Shown one piece after another: positions 47,380 through 56,885 of a stretch of DNA of 64,000 nt. Under the pieces are notes generated by a model. It made no database searches. It was not told the origin of the DNA and was given only the letters and a program-made list of their open reading frames with translations. The position numbers and the translations under genes are program-made. Origin of the DNA: an uncultured Deferribacteres bacterium (GTDB taxonomy: Bacteria > Zhuqueibacterota > JdFR-76 > BMS3Abin05). Position 1 is the stretch's first letter, and each line of letters begins with the position of its first letter. The stretch is taken from assembly GCA_964579725.1 (NCBI GenBank), contig CAZOHG010000002.1, positions 30,890 to 94,889 of the forward strand, read 5' to 3'.

Positions 47380-49323
47380 GATGTTCCAGGCATCGTAATA
47401 TTTGGGAATGTCCTGAAAAAGTTGAAGCCGATTGCCTTCCTCCCCGGGCGCAAGAAGATTTCGGTTCTCCCGCTTGTCCACTAACGAGGCAATATTCCCG
47501 GTCTTCGGGTCTATTTCAATGTGGTAGAATCGATTCTCCAGACGGTAACCGGTTGCCGTGGCTGCAAAACGAACCTCTCGCGGCGTTCCCTTCCGGATGC
47601 TGTACACCCGAAAACCCAGCGGTGGCACCTGCTTCGCCACAAAAAGCAGGGTGTCGTCTTTTGGGGAGACCACCCACTGAGAGGCGATTTCCTTGCCGTT
47701 GGCATCCCGCACCACAACCGGTCCCGGATTTTTAACAAACGGAATGCGCACCAGGCCGTCCCGCGCCCACGAAAGTGTGTTGAAAACCACAACGGCTTGT
47801 CCCTTTGTACGCGTGTCAATGGAGGCGGCGAGTGCCCTGAGAGCGGCCCGCAATTGGCCGGAGGCCTTTTTCCCAATTGCTTGGTAATCTTTTAAGGCGT
47901 CTTTGTACACCGGCCGAATGCCGGACCCGGGCAAAATGTCGTGAAACTGGTTAAACAAATACGTCCACCAGGCCCCGGTGAGGGTGTTTTGACGGTACAC
48001 CTTTTTCCCCGTCCAACCCGCCAGTACCGCCATTTTTTCGGCATTGGTCAATAAAATTTCTTTTTCGCGGTTGTTCCGCTTTATTTCGCCGTGGGTTGTG
48101 TAGGTTCCGCGGTGGTACTCCAGGTAAAGTTCATTCCGCCACACAGGCAGCCCGGACAAATCACCCTGAAAGAGCTTTTTAAAATAATTCCCGGCCGGGC
48201 TAAACACAACCTTCGGGAAAACCGTGGCGGTTTGGTAGAAAAGCACGCGTTCCAACATGCGGCGTTCCGGCCCCCCGCCGTGGTCGCCAACGCCGTACAG
48301 CACCAGCACATCCCGCCGTCCGGTATTGATTTCACTCAGGCGAATGTCCCGCAAGAGGGTGTTCAAATCCAACTGCCCTACGTAGCCGCTGAACGGGAAA
48401 TAGGTCAGTACCCGGGAGCCGTCGGGGGCCTCCCACCAAAAAAGATGGTAGGGGAACACATTGGTGTCGTTCCAACTGATTTTTTGGGTGAGAAAAGCCC
48501 GTACGCCGCTCTTACGCAAAAATTGGGGCATGTTCCAGTTGTACCCAAACGAGTCGGGATTCCAGCCCAGGTGAATGTCCACCCCAAATGCCCGACGAAA
48601 ATAGCGTTTACCGTACAGATGCTGACGCACCCAGGATTCTCCTCCAATGAGGTTGCAATCCGCTTCCACAACCATTCCGCCCACCATTTCCCAACGGCCT
48701 TCTCTGACCCGCTGCTGGATTTGGTGGAACAAGTTGGGGTAGCGCGTCTGCATCCAGCGGAAAGCCATAGCCGTACTCTGGGTGTACACGTAATCGGGGA
48801 ACTGATTCATGAGGTTCAATTGCTGTTGAAAGGTATTTCGGCACACCTCCACGGTCTCGCGCCAGCGCCACAGCCAGGCCATGTCAATGTGGGCATTTCC
48901 GTCCAAATACAGAGTGTAGCGGCGGGCAAACCGGGCAATCGGCCGCAAAATTTGGCGAGCCTTTTGCAAAGAGCCCAAAAACCGGGGCCAATTTTTTCGC
49001 GCGAATGCCTGTCCGTCCACAGCGGCCAGCGCTTTTTCGTACACCGATTGAAGCCTCCGCCTTTCGTTGTCGGTAGGTCGGGCCAAATCCACCGCAAAGG
49101 GCAAATTGGAAAGGAACGATTGGGAAGGTTTTAATAGAATTCGGGCGGTTTGTACGCTAACCCGAAAGCGCTTGATCTCCTGCTGCACAGAATCCGGAGC
49201 CGTTACGGGTTTAGTGTTAAAAAGGAAGGAAAGCCGGGGTTGGGTTTGTCCGTTGGCTCCAAAAAACAGCAGCCCCGCGCCCAAGATTGTCCACGCCGAA
49301 ATTTTTCGCACCCAAGTACGCAT
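46471..49323 (-). CDS. GH38 alpha-mannosidase, paralog 2 (secreted)
   Basis: The GH38 N-terminal catalytic motif is GNAHIDMAWLWRWRETVEVCRNTF. A signal peptide is present. The protein is 950 aa. Confidence 0.85.
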   Translation of the reverse strand: MRTWVRKISAWTILGAGLLFFGANGQTQPRLSFLFNTKPVTAPDSVQQEIKRFRVSVQTARILLKPSQSFLSNLPFAVDLARPTDNERRRLQSVYEKALAAVDGQAFARKNWPRFLGSLQKARQILRPIARFARRYTLYLDGNAHIDMAWLWRWRETVEVCRNTFQQQLNLMNQFPDYVYTQSTAMAFRWMQTRYPNLFHQIQQRVREGRWEMVGGMVVEADCNLIGGESWVRQHLYGKRYFRRAFGVDIHLGWNPDSFGYNWNMPQFLRKSGVRAFLTQKISWNDTNVFPYHLFWWEAPDGSRVLTYFPFSGYVGQLDLNTLLRDIRLSEINTGRRDVLVLYGVGDHGGGPERRMLERVLFYQTATVFPKVVFSPAGNYFKKLFQGDLSGLPVWRNELYLEYHRGTYTTHGEIKRNNREKEILLTNAEKMAVLAGWTGKKVYRQNTLTGAWWTYLFNQFHDILPGSGIRPVYKDALKDYQAIGKKASGQLRAALRALAASIDTRTKGQAVVVFNTLSWARDGLVRIPFVKNPGPVVVRDANGKEIASQWVVSPKDDTLLFVAKQVPPLGFRVYSIRKGTPREVRFAATATGYRLENRFYHIEIDPKTGNIASLVDKRENRNLLAPGEEGNRLQLFQDIPKYYDAWNIGYTGKRWEIDRADTVFVKERGPVRAVIRVKKSFLGPSKSRRYPTKDFPSSFFTQDVTVYRDLPWADCEMTVDWWEDHVLAKAAFPLSVQSQEATYEIPYATIERPTGRSNSWDRARFEDSAQNWADLSGPDYGVSLLNHVKQGYDTPNGHTLRLTLLRSPLSPDPTADRGVNRFRYALYGHAGDWRDGETVLRGYEYNVPLLAVRASSHKGALPPEFSFVQVEPRTVILAALKEAESQDGVIFRFYEWQGKDTRVRVHFFRTPVRITEVNLIEDEQGVVPFSGRTFEFSIGHNAIRSFKVKF

Positions 49324-49339
49324 GGAATTCTCCGAAATT

Positions 49340-49969
49340 TTATTTGGTTTGAAGAGGATTTTCCCGAGTCAGTGCACACACCACTGCAGCCACAAAAGAC
49401 GTCTTGCCCTCGGAACAAGGTTGAGAAAGCACGCTCTGAAAAACCTGTGTCAGGCTCTGCCCGTGGTAGCGCCGCGTTTGTTTTTCCACCAAATAGCGCT
49501 CAAAAACCTTCTTGCGAGCGGCAGCAATTCGGCGGGTCTCCGTGCGGGCACCGGTAGTTTTCAACCGAGAAAAGTCGGTTGCTGCGGCCTTCCAATTGTC
49601 CAACACCTTTTCCAAAATTTGTAAGCGGCGGTTCAAATCGCGGCGCCGACTGTATTCGGGCACAATGTAAAAATAGGCAATTCCCTTTAAAAAAAGCCGC
49701 TGTCCCTCCCAACAGGACGAATCGGGCAGGGATTTCTGCGAAGGGCCGATTGACTCCAAATGTGCCAGCCAGATGTAGGGCCAGTTGGGTTCCGTGCGTG
49801 CCACGGTCAGAAGTCGGGCAACGTTCGCACCGGAGTCAGAACCCGCGCCTCGTGCCGGAAATACCGCAATGGCACACAGAAGCAAAACAAGGCTCCCGAT
49901 CAGGCTCGTAGCACGCTTCCGCCACCAATTAAGGCGAACGATTTCGTCTATTTGAAAAGGCCTGGTCAA
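49340..49969 (-). CDS. Hypothetical membrane-anchored protein
   Basis: An N-terminal hydrophobic anchor is present (SLIGSLVLLLCAIAVFPA). It ends 17 bp upstream of the GH38 paralog 2 start. I recognise no family. Confidence 0.4.
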   Translation of the reverse strand: MTRPFQIDEIVRLNWWRKRATSLIGSLVLLLCAIAVFPARGAGSDSGANVARLLTVARTEPNWPYIWLAHLESIGPSQKSLPDSSCWEGQRLFLKGIAYFYIVPEYSRRRDLNRRLQILEKVLDNWKAAATDFSRLKTTGARTETRRIAAARKKVFERYLVEKQTRRYHGQSLTQVFQSVLSQPCSEGKTSFVAAVVCALTRENPLQTK

Positions 49970-49991
49970 TTAACTGTTATTCCTTGTTTTT

Positions 49992-50798
49992 TCAGGAGTT
50001 TGGCAAATATTTCAGGAGATCACTAATTCGTTCCACCACAAAATCCGGTTGAACCGAACTTTGCGCAAGGTCCCGGCGGGTCGCCTCACCGGTCAAAACC
50101 AGAACAGTTAAAATTCCGAAACGGCGCCCCATTTGAATGTCCGTTGACAATCTGTCGCCCACCAAAAGCATATTTTCCGGGCCAACCTTCAAACGCCGTT
50201 GCAGTCCCCGAAGCATTCCCGGGTTTGGTTTCCCCAACACCCTGGGAACCACACCGGTGGCGGCTGTAATCGCGGCCGTAATTGCTCCGCAGTCGGGCCA
50301 CATGTCCCCGTTTTCCATCGGACAATTGAGGTCAGGGTGCGTGGCCACAAAAGGCACGCCCTTTCGGATCCAAGCGCAGGCCTGGTTCAATTTTTCGTAG
50401 GTCAGCTCCGTGTCGAACCCCACAACCACAGCCTGAGGGTTTTCGGCTTCGGGGTCAAATCCCGCCTCGCGAAACGCGGCGTGTAAACTTTTGGTTCCCA
50501 CCAGATAGACGTGCCCGATGCCCTGCTCCGTCAAATATTCCATGGTGGCTTCGGCTGAGGTGTAAATCTGATCTCTCCGAACCGGGATGCCCATTTTACG
50601 CAGTTTTTTTTCGTACTCTTTGACATTTCGAGAGGAATTGTTTGAAAGGAACACGTACTGCACGCCACGACGATTTAATTCCTCCAAAAAATCCACCGCA
50701 AAGGGAAACACCCGAGAGCCGAGAAAAATCGTCCCGTCCATGTCCAGAACAAAATGTCGAATCCCCCGCAATTTTTCGCGGAATCTGTTGGAATTCAC
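49992..50798 (-). CDS. HAD-superfamily subfamily IIA hydrolase (NagD-like sugar-phosphatase)
   Basis: The motifs are DMDGTIF...FLSNNSS...GDRLSTDI. I preferred the GTG start at 50798 (a GGAG Shine-Dalgarno lies 6 nt upstream) over the TTG at 50876. Confidence 0.7.
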   Translation of the reverse strand: MNSNRFREKLRGIRHFVLDMDGTIFLGSRVFPFAVDFLEELNRRGVQYVFLSNNSSRNVKEYEKKLRKMGIPVRRDQIYTSAEATMEYLTEQGIGHVYLVGTKSLHAAFREAGFDPEAENPQAVVVGFDTELTYEKLNQACAWIRKGVPFVATHPDLNCPMENGDMWPDCGAITAAITAATGVVPRVLGKPNPGMLRGLQRRLKVGPENMLLVGDRLSTDIQMGRRFGILTVLVLTGEATRRDLAQSSVQPDFVVERISDLLKYLPNS

Positions 50799-51237
50799 CC
50801 AATTCTCCAAAAAAGCGACTGAAACGGCGTGAGCAATTCCATGTGCGCGGACAAAATTTCCACACGAGACCGGCAACAGAGCCGGTTAAATCGGTGTTGC
50901 GCTAAAAAAATCCCCTGTTTCTCGTTAGTCAATCGTTTTCCTAAAAACGCAAAGGCCATCGTGACAGGAAATAGATAAAAAAGAATTTGGGCTCGATTTC
51001 GATTTAAGGTAAAAAATTTACCAGCCAATCTCAAGGGAAAAATTGGGTGCGAGGGTTTCCGCCAAAATATTTGAACTCCACCGCAAAAAAGTGCCTGTGG
51101 ACAAAAATTGTACTTGATTTCGAAAGAAAATATTTGTATTCTACGATAACGATTGCACATTCTTATTTGCGAACGGTAATAGCGCTTTTCCCCCGGATTT
51201 TTCAGACACGTTTTTTTAATTTTGGAGGAAGAAAATC

Positions 51238-54200
51238 GTGAAAATTTTCCTGTTTCCGAACAATCTGTTTACCGGTACCACCCTGCTGCTTTTAAGCCTT
51301 TCCCTTCTTTTGGTTCTTTTTGCCTGTGTTCAAAAACCGGCTCAGCCCGGCCCTCCGAAAAATTTGCGCTGCGAATACCGGAGCAATCCCCTCGGGATTG
51401 ACACGCCTGCGCCTCGATTTTCGTGGGAAGTCAATGATCCGCGGCGCGGTGCAAACCAATCGGCCTACCAAATTTTAGTCGCCAGTCAGGAAAAACTCCT
51501 GCGTGCAGACCGGGGCGATATTTGGGACAGCGGTAAAATCACTTCAAACCAATCGGTCCACGTGCCCTTTGCCGGAAAAAAGTTAGCCTCTGGCACGCGC
51601 TATTTCTGGAAAGTTCGCACCTGGGACGCGCAGGGCGCACCGTCTCCGTACAGCAAAACGGCCTGGTTTGAAACCGCTTTGCTCAATGCGCACGATTGGA
51701 AAGCACAGTGGATCGGCAAACCCGCCGCCCCCAAAAAGAAAATCAAGCCGTGGCCCTGGGAAGATTGGATCTGGCACCCCACACAAAAAGATTCGGGCCA
51801 CTGGGTCTATTTTCGAAAGGTCTTTGAGATTCCCCAATCGCCTGCTTTGGTAAAGGGACTTTTGCGCATTACGGCTGACAATACGTTTACCGCCTTTTTA
51901 AACGGGCATCCCATTGGCAGCGGCAACGTTTGGGCGAAAATCTTCGAATTTGACGTCACGGCTCACCTTCAAAATGGGAAAAATCTGTTGGCGATTTCTG
52001 CAGCCAACACAGCGGGCGATATTTGTGGCCTCCTGGCCAGTTTACAATTAACCTTTGCCGATAGTTCGCACCAAATCGTTCAATCGAACGCCTCCTGGGA
52101 AACCACCGACCGTGAGGAGCCGGGATGGAAAAATCTCGATTTTGACGACAGCCACTGGCAAAAGGTTCGGGTGATCGAAAAGTACGGGGGGGAAATTTGG
52201 GGGAAACCCGACAAAAAATTCGGAGCGCCTCTGCCCCGTTCTGTTTTGCTTCGAAAAACATTCCACCTGAAAACAACGCCCCTGCGTGCCCGCGCCTACG
52301 TAACCGGTCTCGGAAATTACGTTTTTTATCTAAACGGCCGCCGGGTGGGCCGGGACATTTTCACCCCCGGCTGGACGGATTACCCGAGCCGCATTCAGTA
52401 CCAAACTTACGACGTCACCGATTTACTCCAAAAAGGCGACAACGCCGCCGGAGCGCTGTTGGGAAATATGTGGTGGAGCAGTGGTCTCGGGTGGCAAAAG
52501 CCCGGTTTTTACAGTCACGGCCCGCTGCGCTTTTTGTTGCAAATCGAGGTAACCTACCCCGACGGCAGCCGTGACACGCTGGTCACGGACTCATCCTGGC
52601 GTGCACACGATGCCCCCGTTGTGTACAATTCTCTTTACAATGGCGAAACCTACGACGCCCGTCTTGAACAACCCGGGTGGAATCAACCGAATTTTAGCGG
52701 CTCCGGTTGGGAAAAAGTCGCCCTTTTTTCTGAAAAGGGACGATTGGTCGCCCAGCAGGGGCCTCCCATTCGCATTGAACGGGAAATCCAACCGGTTAAA
52801 ATTACTTCGTTGGATTCCGGAAAATTCATCTTTGACATGGGGCAAAATTTTGCTGGTTTCGCCCGCTTGCAAGCGAAGGGGCCGGCCGGAACCAAAATCG
52901 TCCTTCGTTTTGGCGAATTACTCAATCCGGACGGGACACTTTACACAGCCAATTTGCGCAGTGCCCGCGCCACAGATATTTTCATTTTGCGAGGAACCGG
53001 CCAGGTGGAAACCTTCGAACCCCACTTTACGTACCACGGCTACCGATTTGTGGAAATGAGTGGCTACCCGGGAACCCCCGACAAATCTACCCTAACAGGC
53101 CTTGTGGTGCACTCCGCCGCTCCTGAAATCGGCCATTTTGCCTGTTCCGACTCGCTGTTAAATCAAATCCAGCACAATATTAGCTGGGGGCTGCGCAGCA
53201 ATATCATGAGCGTGCCCACCGATTGTCCACAGCGGGACGAACGCCTCGGCTGGATGGGGGATGCCCAGATCTTTTCGTCTACCGCTTGTTACAATCGAAA
53301 CATGGCACCCTTCTTCTCCAAATGGATGCACGACATTACCGATTGTCAGGATGCCGACGGGGCAGTACACGACGTCAGTCCAACCATTGTGGTTTCGGAA
53401 AATGCGGCACGGCCCGCCTGGGGCGATGCAGTTGTCGTCATTCCCTGGGTGGTGTACAAGTTCTTCGGGGATCGGCGGATTTTGGAAGAAAACTTCGACG
53501 CCATGTACCGCTGGCTGCAGTACATGACGGCGCACAGCCGGAATCATTTGTACGAAGAAAAGGGCTACGGCGATTGGGTGGCTGTTGTGGAATCACCCAC
53601 GGAGCCCATCGGTTCTTTGTACTATTTTTACGATGCCAAACTTCTGGCACGCATGGCCCGCCTTCTCGGCCGGAACACGACGGCAACAGAGCTCGACCAC
53701 TTGGCTCAACAAATTGCCGCCGCCTACCAAAAACGGCATTTTCACGCTGCTTCCGGCGAGTACGCAACCGGGACCCAAACCATGAACCTGCTTCCTCTGG
53801 CTTTCGGCATCACACCACCTTCAGAAAAAAAGCGCGTGGCCGAAAGAATTTCGGAAGACGTTCGAAAGCGGGACGACCACCTTTCCACGGGATTCTTGGG
53901 CACTGCTTTCTTGCTGCCGGTGCTTACCGACTACGGATTCGGCAGCCAGGCTTTGCGCGTGGCTACCCAGCGTGACTACCCCTCCTGGGGCTACATGGTC
54001 ACACAGGGCGCCACCACTATTTGGGAATTGTGGAACAGCGACAAAAAAGGGCCGAGCATGAACTCACGCAACCACTTTGCTCTTGGCTCCGTGGGCGAAT
54101 GGTACTTCGGCTATTTGGCCGGCTTGCAACCCGACCCGCAAAAACCAGGCTTCAAGCACGCTTTTATTCGACCCAATCCGTTAGGAAAATTAACCTGGGT

Positions 54201-54492
54201 TAAAGCCAGCTATCGCTCGGTTTACGGCGATTGGACAATCCACTGGCAAAAAAGCGATTCGACATTTACGCTAAATGTGACCCTTCCGGCCAACACAAAC
54301 GCCACGGTGGAGCTGCCCTTGTTTGGAGACCAAACACCCTCGATTTTAGAAGGGGGCACACCGTTGGTTCGTAATGGGCAATTTAGCCAAAATACCCCGG
54401 GAGTTATTTTTGAAAAAATGGCAAACGACCGGGCGGTGTTCACGGTAGGAAGTGGAACATACACACTGACCGTCCAGTTTCAGACCCATTAA
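51238..54492 (+). CDS. GH78 alpha-L-rhamnosidase, lipoprotein
   Basis: The six-hairpin catalytic domain starts with the GH78-typical VPTDCPQRDERLGWMGDAQIF. The protein is 1084 aa. A lipoprotein-type signal is present (LLVLFAC). The GTG start has a GGAGGA Shine-Dalgarno. Confidence 0.85.
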   Translation: MKIFLFPNNLFTGTTLLLLSLSLLLVLFACVQKPAQPGPPKNLRCEYRSNPLGIDTPAPRFSWEVNDPRRGANQSAYQILVASQEKLLRADRGDIWDSGKITSNQSVHVPFAGKKLASGTRYFWKVRTWDAQGAPSPYSKTAWFETALLNAHDWKAQWIGKPAAPKKKIKPWPWEDWIWHPTQKDSGHWVYFRKVFEIPQSPALVKGLLRITADNTFTAFLNGHPIGSGNVWAKIFEFDVTAHLQNGKNLLAISAANTAGDICGLLASLQLTFADSSHQIVQSNASWETTDREEPGWKNLDFDDSHWQKVRVIEKYGGEIWGKPDKKFGAPLPRSVLLRKTFHLKTTPLRARAYVTGLGNYVFYLNGRRVGRDIFTPGWTDYPSRIQYQTYDVTDLLQKGDNAAGALLGNMWWSSGLGWQKPGFYSHGPLRFLLQIEVTYPDGSRDTLVTDSSWRAHDAPVVYNSLYNGETYDARLEQPGWNQPNFSGSGWEKVALFSEKGRLVAQQGPPIRIEREIQPVKITSLDSGKFIFDMGQNFAGFARLQAKGPAGTKIVLRFGELLNPDGTLYTANLRSARATDIFILRGTGQVETFEPHFTYHGYRFVEMSGYPGTPDKSTLTGLVVHSAAPEIGHFACSDSLLNQIQHNISWGLRSNIMSVPTDCPQRDERLGWMGDAQIFSSTACYNRNMAPFFSKWMHDITDCQDADGAVHDVSPTIVVSENAARPAWGDAVVVIPWVVYKFFGDRRILEENFDAMYRWLQYMTAHSRNHLYEEKGYGDWVAVVESPTEPIGSLYYFYDAKLLARMARLLGRNTTATELDHLAQQIAAAYQKRHFHAASGEYATGTQTMNLLPLAFGITPPSEKKRVAERISEDVRKRDDHLSTGFLGTAFLLPVLTDYGFGSQALRVATQRDYPSWGYMVTQGATTIWELWNSDKKGPSMNSRNHFALGSVGEWYFGYLAGLQPDPQKPGFKHAFIRPNPLGKLTWVKASYRSVYGDWTIHWQKSDSTFTLNVTLPANTNATVELPLFGDQTPSILEGGTPLVRNGQFSQNTPGVIFEKMANDRAVFTVGSGTYTLTVQFQTH

Positions 54493-54904
54493 AAGGGCGA
54501 AAAAAGGTCGGAAAAAAATAAATAAAGGACAGAAAATGCCAACTGGTGCCAGCGTTACCGGAGCAGGTGCGGCGGCGGCGATTGCAAGTGCCATGAAGGC
54601 TTCAGGCGCAATTGTAACATTGGAACCCCGCGAATTTACCGCCATTCTAAACCGCGCAGAAAACCCTTTGCTTGTGGTTACTGAGGGCGGATTTTGGTCC
54701 AAAAAAACCCGTTACCTAATGCCGTACCGCGGGTTGATTTTTTTCACCAAAACCGATTCCCCGCTTCAATTGCCGGCGGGAGTGGAGGTCATTCGAGCGA
54801 AGAAAATTTGGGCGCCGGAGTAATTCCGAAAAAAGCGGTTTTTCGTACACGGCGGACAGCCGAAACACAAAATAAAAAAATAAATTTTAGGAGGAAAAGG
54901 TACC

Positions 54905-55642
54905 GTGGACGTCATTGTTTGCAAGGACAAAGAAGAGCTGGGGCGAAAAGCGGCGCGCAGGGGGGCGGATTTTATTCGTCAGGCAGTGGCTGAAAAGGGA
55001 AAAGCAACCATTATTTTAGCCACTGGGGCGTCCCAATTTGAGATGTTGGCCAATCTGGTCAAAGAGGATGTGGACTGGGCAAAAGTCACGGCCTTTCACC
55101 TGGACGAATACATCGGATTGCCAGAAACCCATCCGGCCTCCTTCCGAAACTATCTGAAAGAGCGTTTTGCCAGCAAGGTTCCCATCGGGCAGTTTTATTT
55201 TGTGAACGGAGAAGCGGAAGACCCGCAGGCGGAATGCCGTCGGCTTGGGGAGCTCATTACCCGCCACCCGGTCGACGTGGCGTTTGTGGGAATCGGCGAA
55301 AACGGCCACCTGGCTTTCAACGACCCGCCCGCCGATTTTAACACCGAAGAGCCGTATTTGGTGGTGGAATTGGACGAGGCGTGTCGACGTCAGCAATTGG
55401 GAGAAGGGTGGTTTGCTTCGTTGGAAGAGGTTCCGTCACGCGCCATTAGCATGAGCATTCGTCAGATTCTCAAATCAAAGGCGATTATTTGTGCCGTGCC
55501 GGATTTGCGCAAGGCGGAAGCAGTGAAAAAAGCCGTGGAGGGGCCGGTTACCCCGGAACTCCCTTCCTCTATTTTGCAAACGCACCCGCAAACCTTTCTT
55601 TATCTGGAACCTGAATCAGCCTCTCTCCTTTCTGAAAAATGA
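54905..55642 (+). CDS. nagB: Glucosamine-6-phosphate deaminase/isomerase family (NagB-like)
   Basis: The motif [17 protein letters not shown]...FHLDEYIGL is typical of the NagB/6PGL fold. The GTG start has an AGGAGG Shine-Dalgarno. Confidence 0.75.
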   Translation: MDVIVCKDKEELGRKAARRGADFIRQAVAEKGKATIILATGASQFEMLANLVKEDVDWAKVTAFHLDEYIGLPETHPASFRNYLKERFASKVPIGQFYFVNGEAEDPQAECRRLGELITRHPVDVAFVGIGENGHLAFNDPPADFNTEEPYLVVELDEACRRQQLGEGWFASLEEVPSRAISMSIRQILKSKAIICAVPDLRKAEAVKKAVEGPVTPELPSSILQTHPQTFLYLEPESASLLSEK

Positions 55643-55676
55643 CTGCTTTTGAAAAAACGCGAAAGGACCCTTCGGC

Positions 55677-56876
55677 ATGAAAAAATGGATTTGGATGCTC
55701 CTGATTTTTCCTCTCTTTTTTCAATGTCATTCCGGTTCGACTCTTTACGATTCGGACGGCATGTTAAAAATAAATGGCCGTCGTGTCTTTATTTTGGGCA
55801 GCTACCACCTGCCCCACGAAACCCACCCCTTTAAAAAATTGGCTCAAATGGGATTTAACCTTGTCCACGTTGCCGCCGATTCCGCCCAGCTTCGGTTGGC
55901 TCAAAAAGCCGGGCTAAACGCCTGGATTTCTTTGGGCGGCTGGGACACAAACCACCCCCAAAATAGCCGCAATCGGCTTCGAAAAGTGGTGACTTCCTTT
56001 CAAAAAGCGCCCGCCTTGCTGTTTTGGGAGAGTGTGGACGAGCCCGCCTGGACGTGGAAAAAAGCCACGCCCCGCGTTCCCCCGGAGCCGCTCATTCAGG
56101 AGTATCGCTTTGTCAAATCCCTGGACCCGACCCATCTTTTTTACCTCAATCACGCTCCGGAAAATTTAATTTCGACCCTTCGGCGCTACAATTCGGCTAC
56201 GGACATTGTGGCGTGCGACATTTACCCGGTCATTCCCCACGGCATTCGTGAACAGTACGCTTTAAATCCCGATGGAAGGCAGGGCGATTTGCTGAATTGT
56301 TTTGTAAGCCAGGTGGGCGCGTTCACCCGAAAAATGCGCCGCGTTGCGGGCCCCAATCGACCGGTTTTCATGGTGTTACAGGGATTTGCCTGGGAGATGC
56401 TCCGCAAACCCCAGGATCGGGACACAACCAAAATTCTTTTTCCAACTCTGAAACAAACGCGTTTCATGGCCTTCGATGCCATTGTGAACGGAGCCAACGG
56501 TTTGCTCTATTGGGGAACGGCCTACACACCCCAAACCAATCCGTTTTGGAATAGCCTTGCGCAGGTAACGCACGAGTTAAAAGACCTGGCGCCGGTTCTT
56601 TCTGCAAAGGAGGTTCCGCAAAACAGCCCCCCCATCTACCACGAAATGGGACACTCGGTAGACAAAGGGGTTGTGTTTAAGGTAAAAAGCGCTCCCACGG
56701 GAATTTTTCTTCTTGCAGCCAACGAAGACCCGAATCCGGTTAAAATTACGTGGACACGATTCAAGAAATTCCATAAGGCTACCGTTGTTGGCGAAGGCAG
56801 AACTTTGCCCGTTGACCAATGTCATTTAACGGACGTTTTCGAACCGTTTGACGTCCATGTGTACAAATTGGAGTAG
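55677..56876 (+). CDS. Putative TIM-barrel glycoside hydrolase (GH5/GH42-like), lipoprotein
   Basis: A signal peptide or lipobox is present. The candidate acid/base motif FWESVDEP resembles the NEP motif of clan GH-A. Family assignment is uncertain. Confidence 0.45.
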   Translation: MKKWIWMLLIFPLFFQCHSGSTLYDSDGMLKINGRRVFILGSYHLPHETHPFKKLAQMGFNLVHVAADSAQLRLAQKAGLNAWISLGGWDTNHPQNSRNRLRKVVTSFQKAPALLFWESVDEPAWTWKKATPRVPPEPLIQEYRFVKSLDPTHLFYLNHAPENLISTLRRYNSATDIVACDIYPVIPHGIREQYALNPDGRQGDLLNCFVSQVGAFTRKMRRVAGPNRPVFMVLQGFAWEMLRKPQDRDTTKILFPTLKQTRFMAFDAIVNGANGLLYWGTAYTPQTNPFWNSLAQVTHELKDLAPVLSAKEVPQNSPPIYHEMGHSVDKGVVFKVKSAPTGIFLLAANEDPNPVKITWTRFKKFHKATVVGEGRTLPVDQCHLTDVFEPFDVHVYKLE

Positions 56877-56885
56877 CGGCAAACG

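Noticed and set aside
48091-49134. A 347-aa plus-strand ORF inside GH38 paralog 2. A 250-aa ORF at 53223..53975 inside the rhamnosidase gene is a similar case.
   Set aside because: These are antisense or alternative-frame ORFs within well-supported glycosidase genes. They are low-complexity Gly/Pro/Arg-rich with no RBS.
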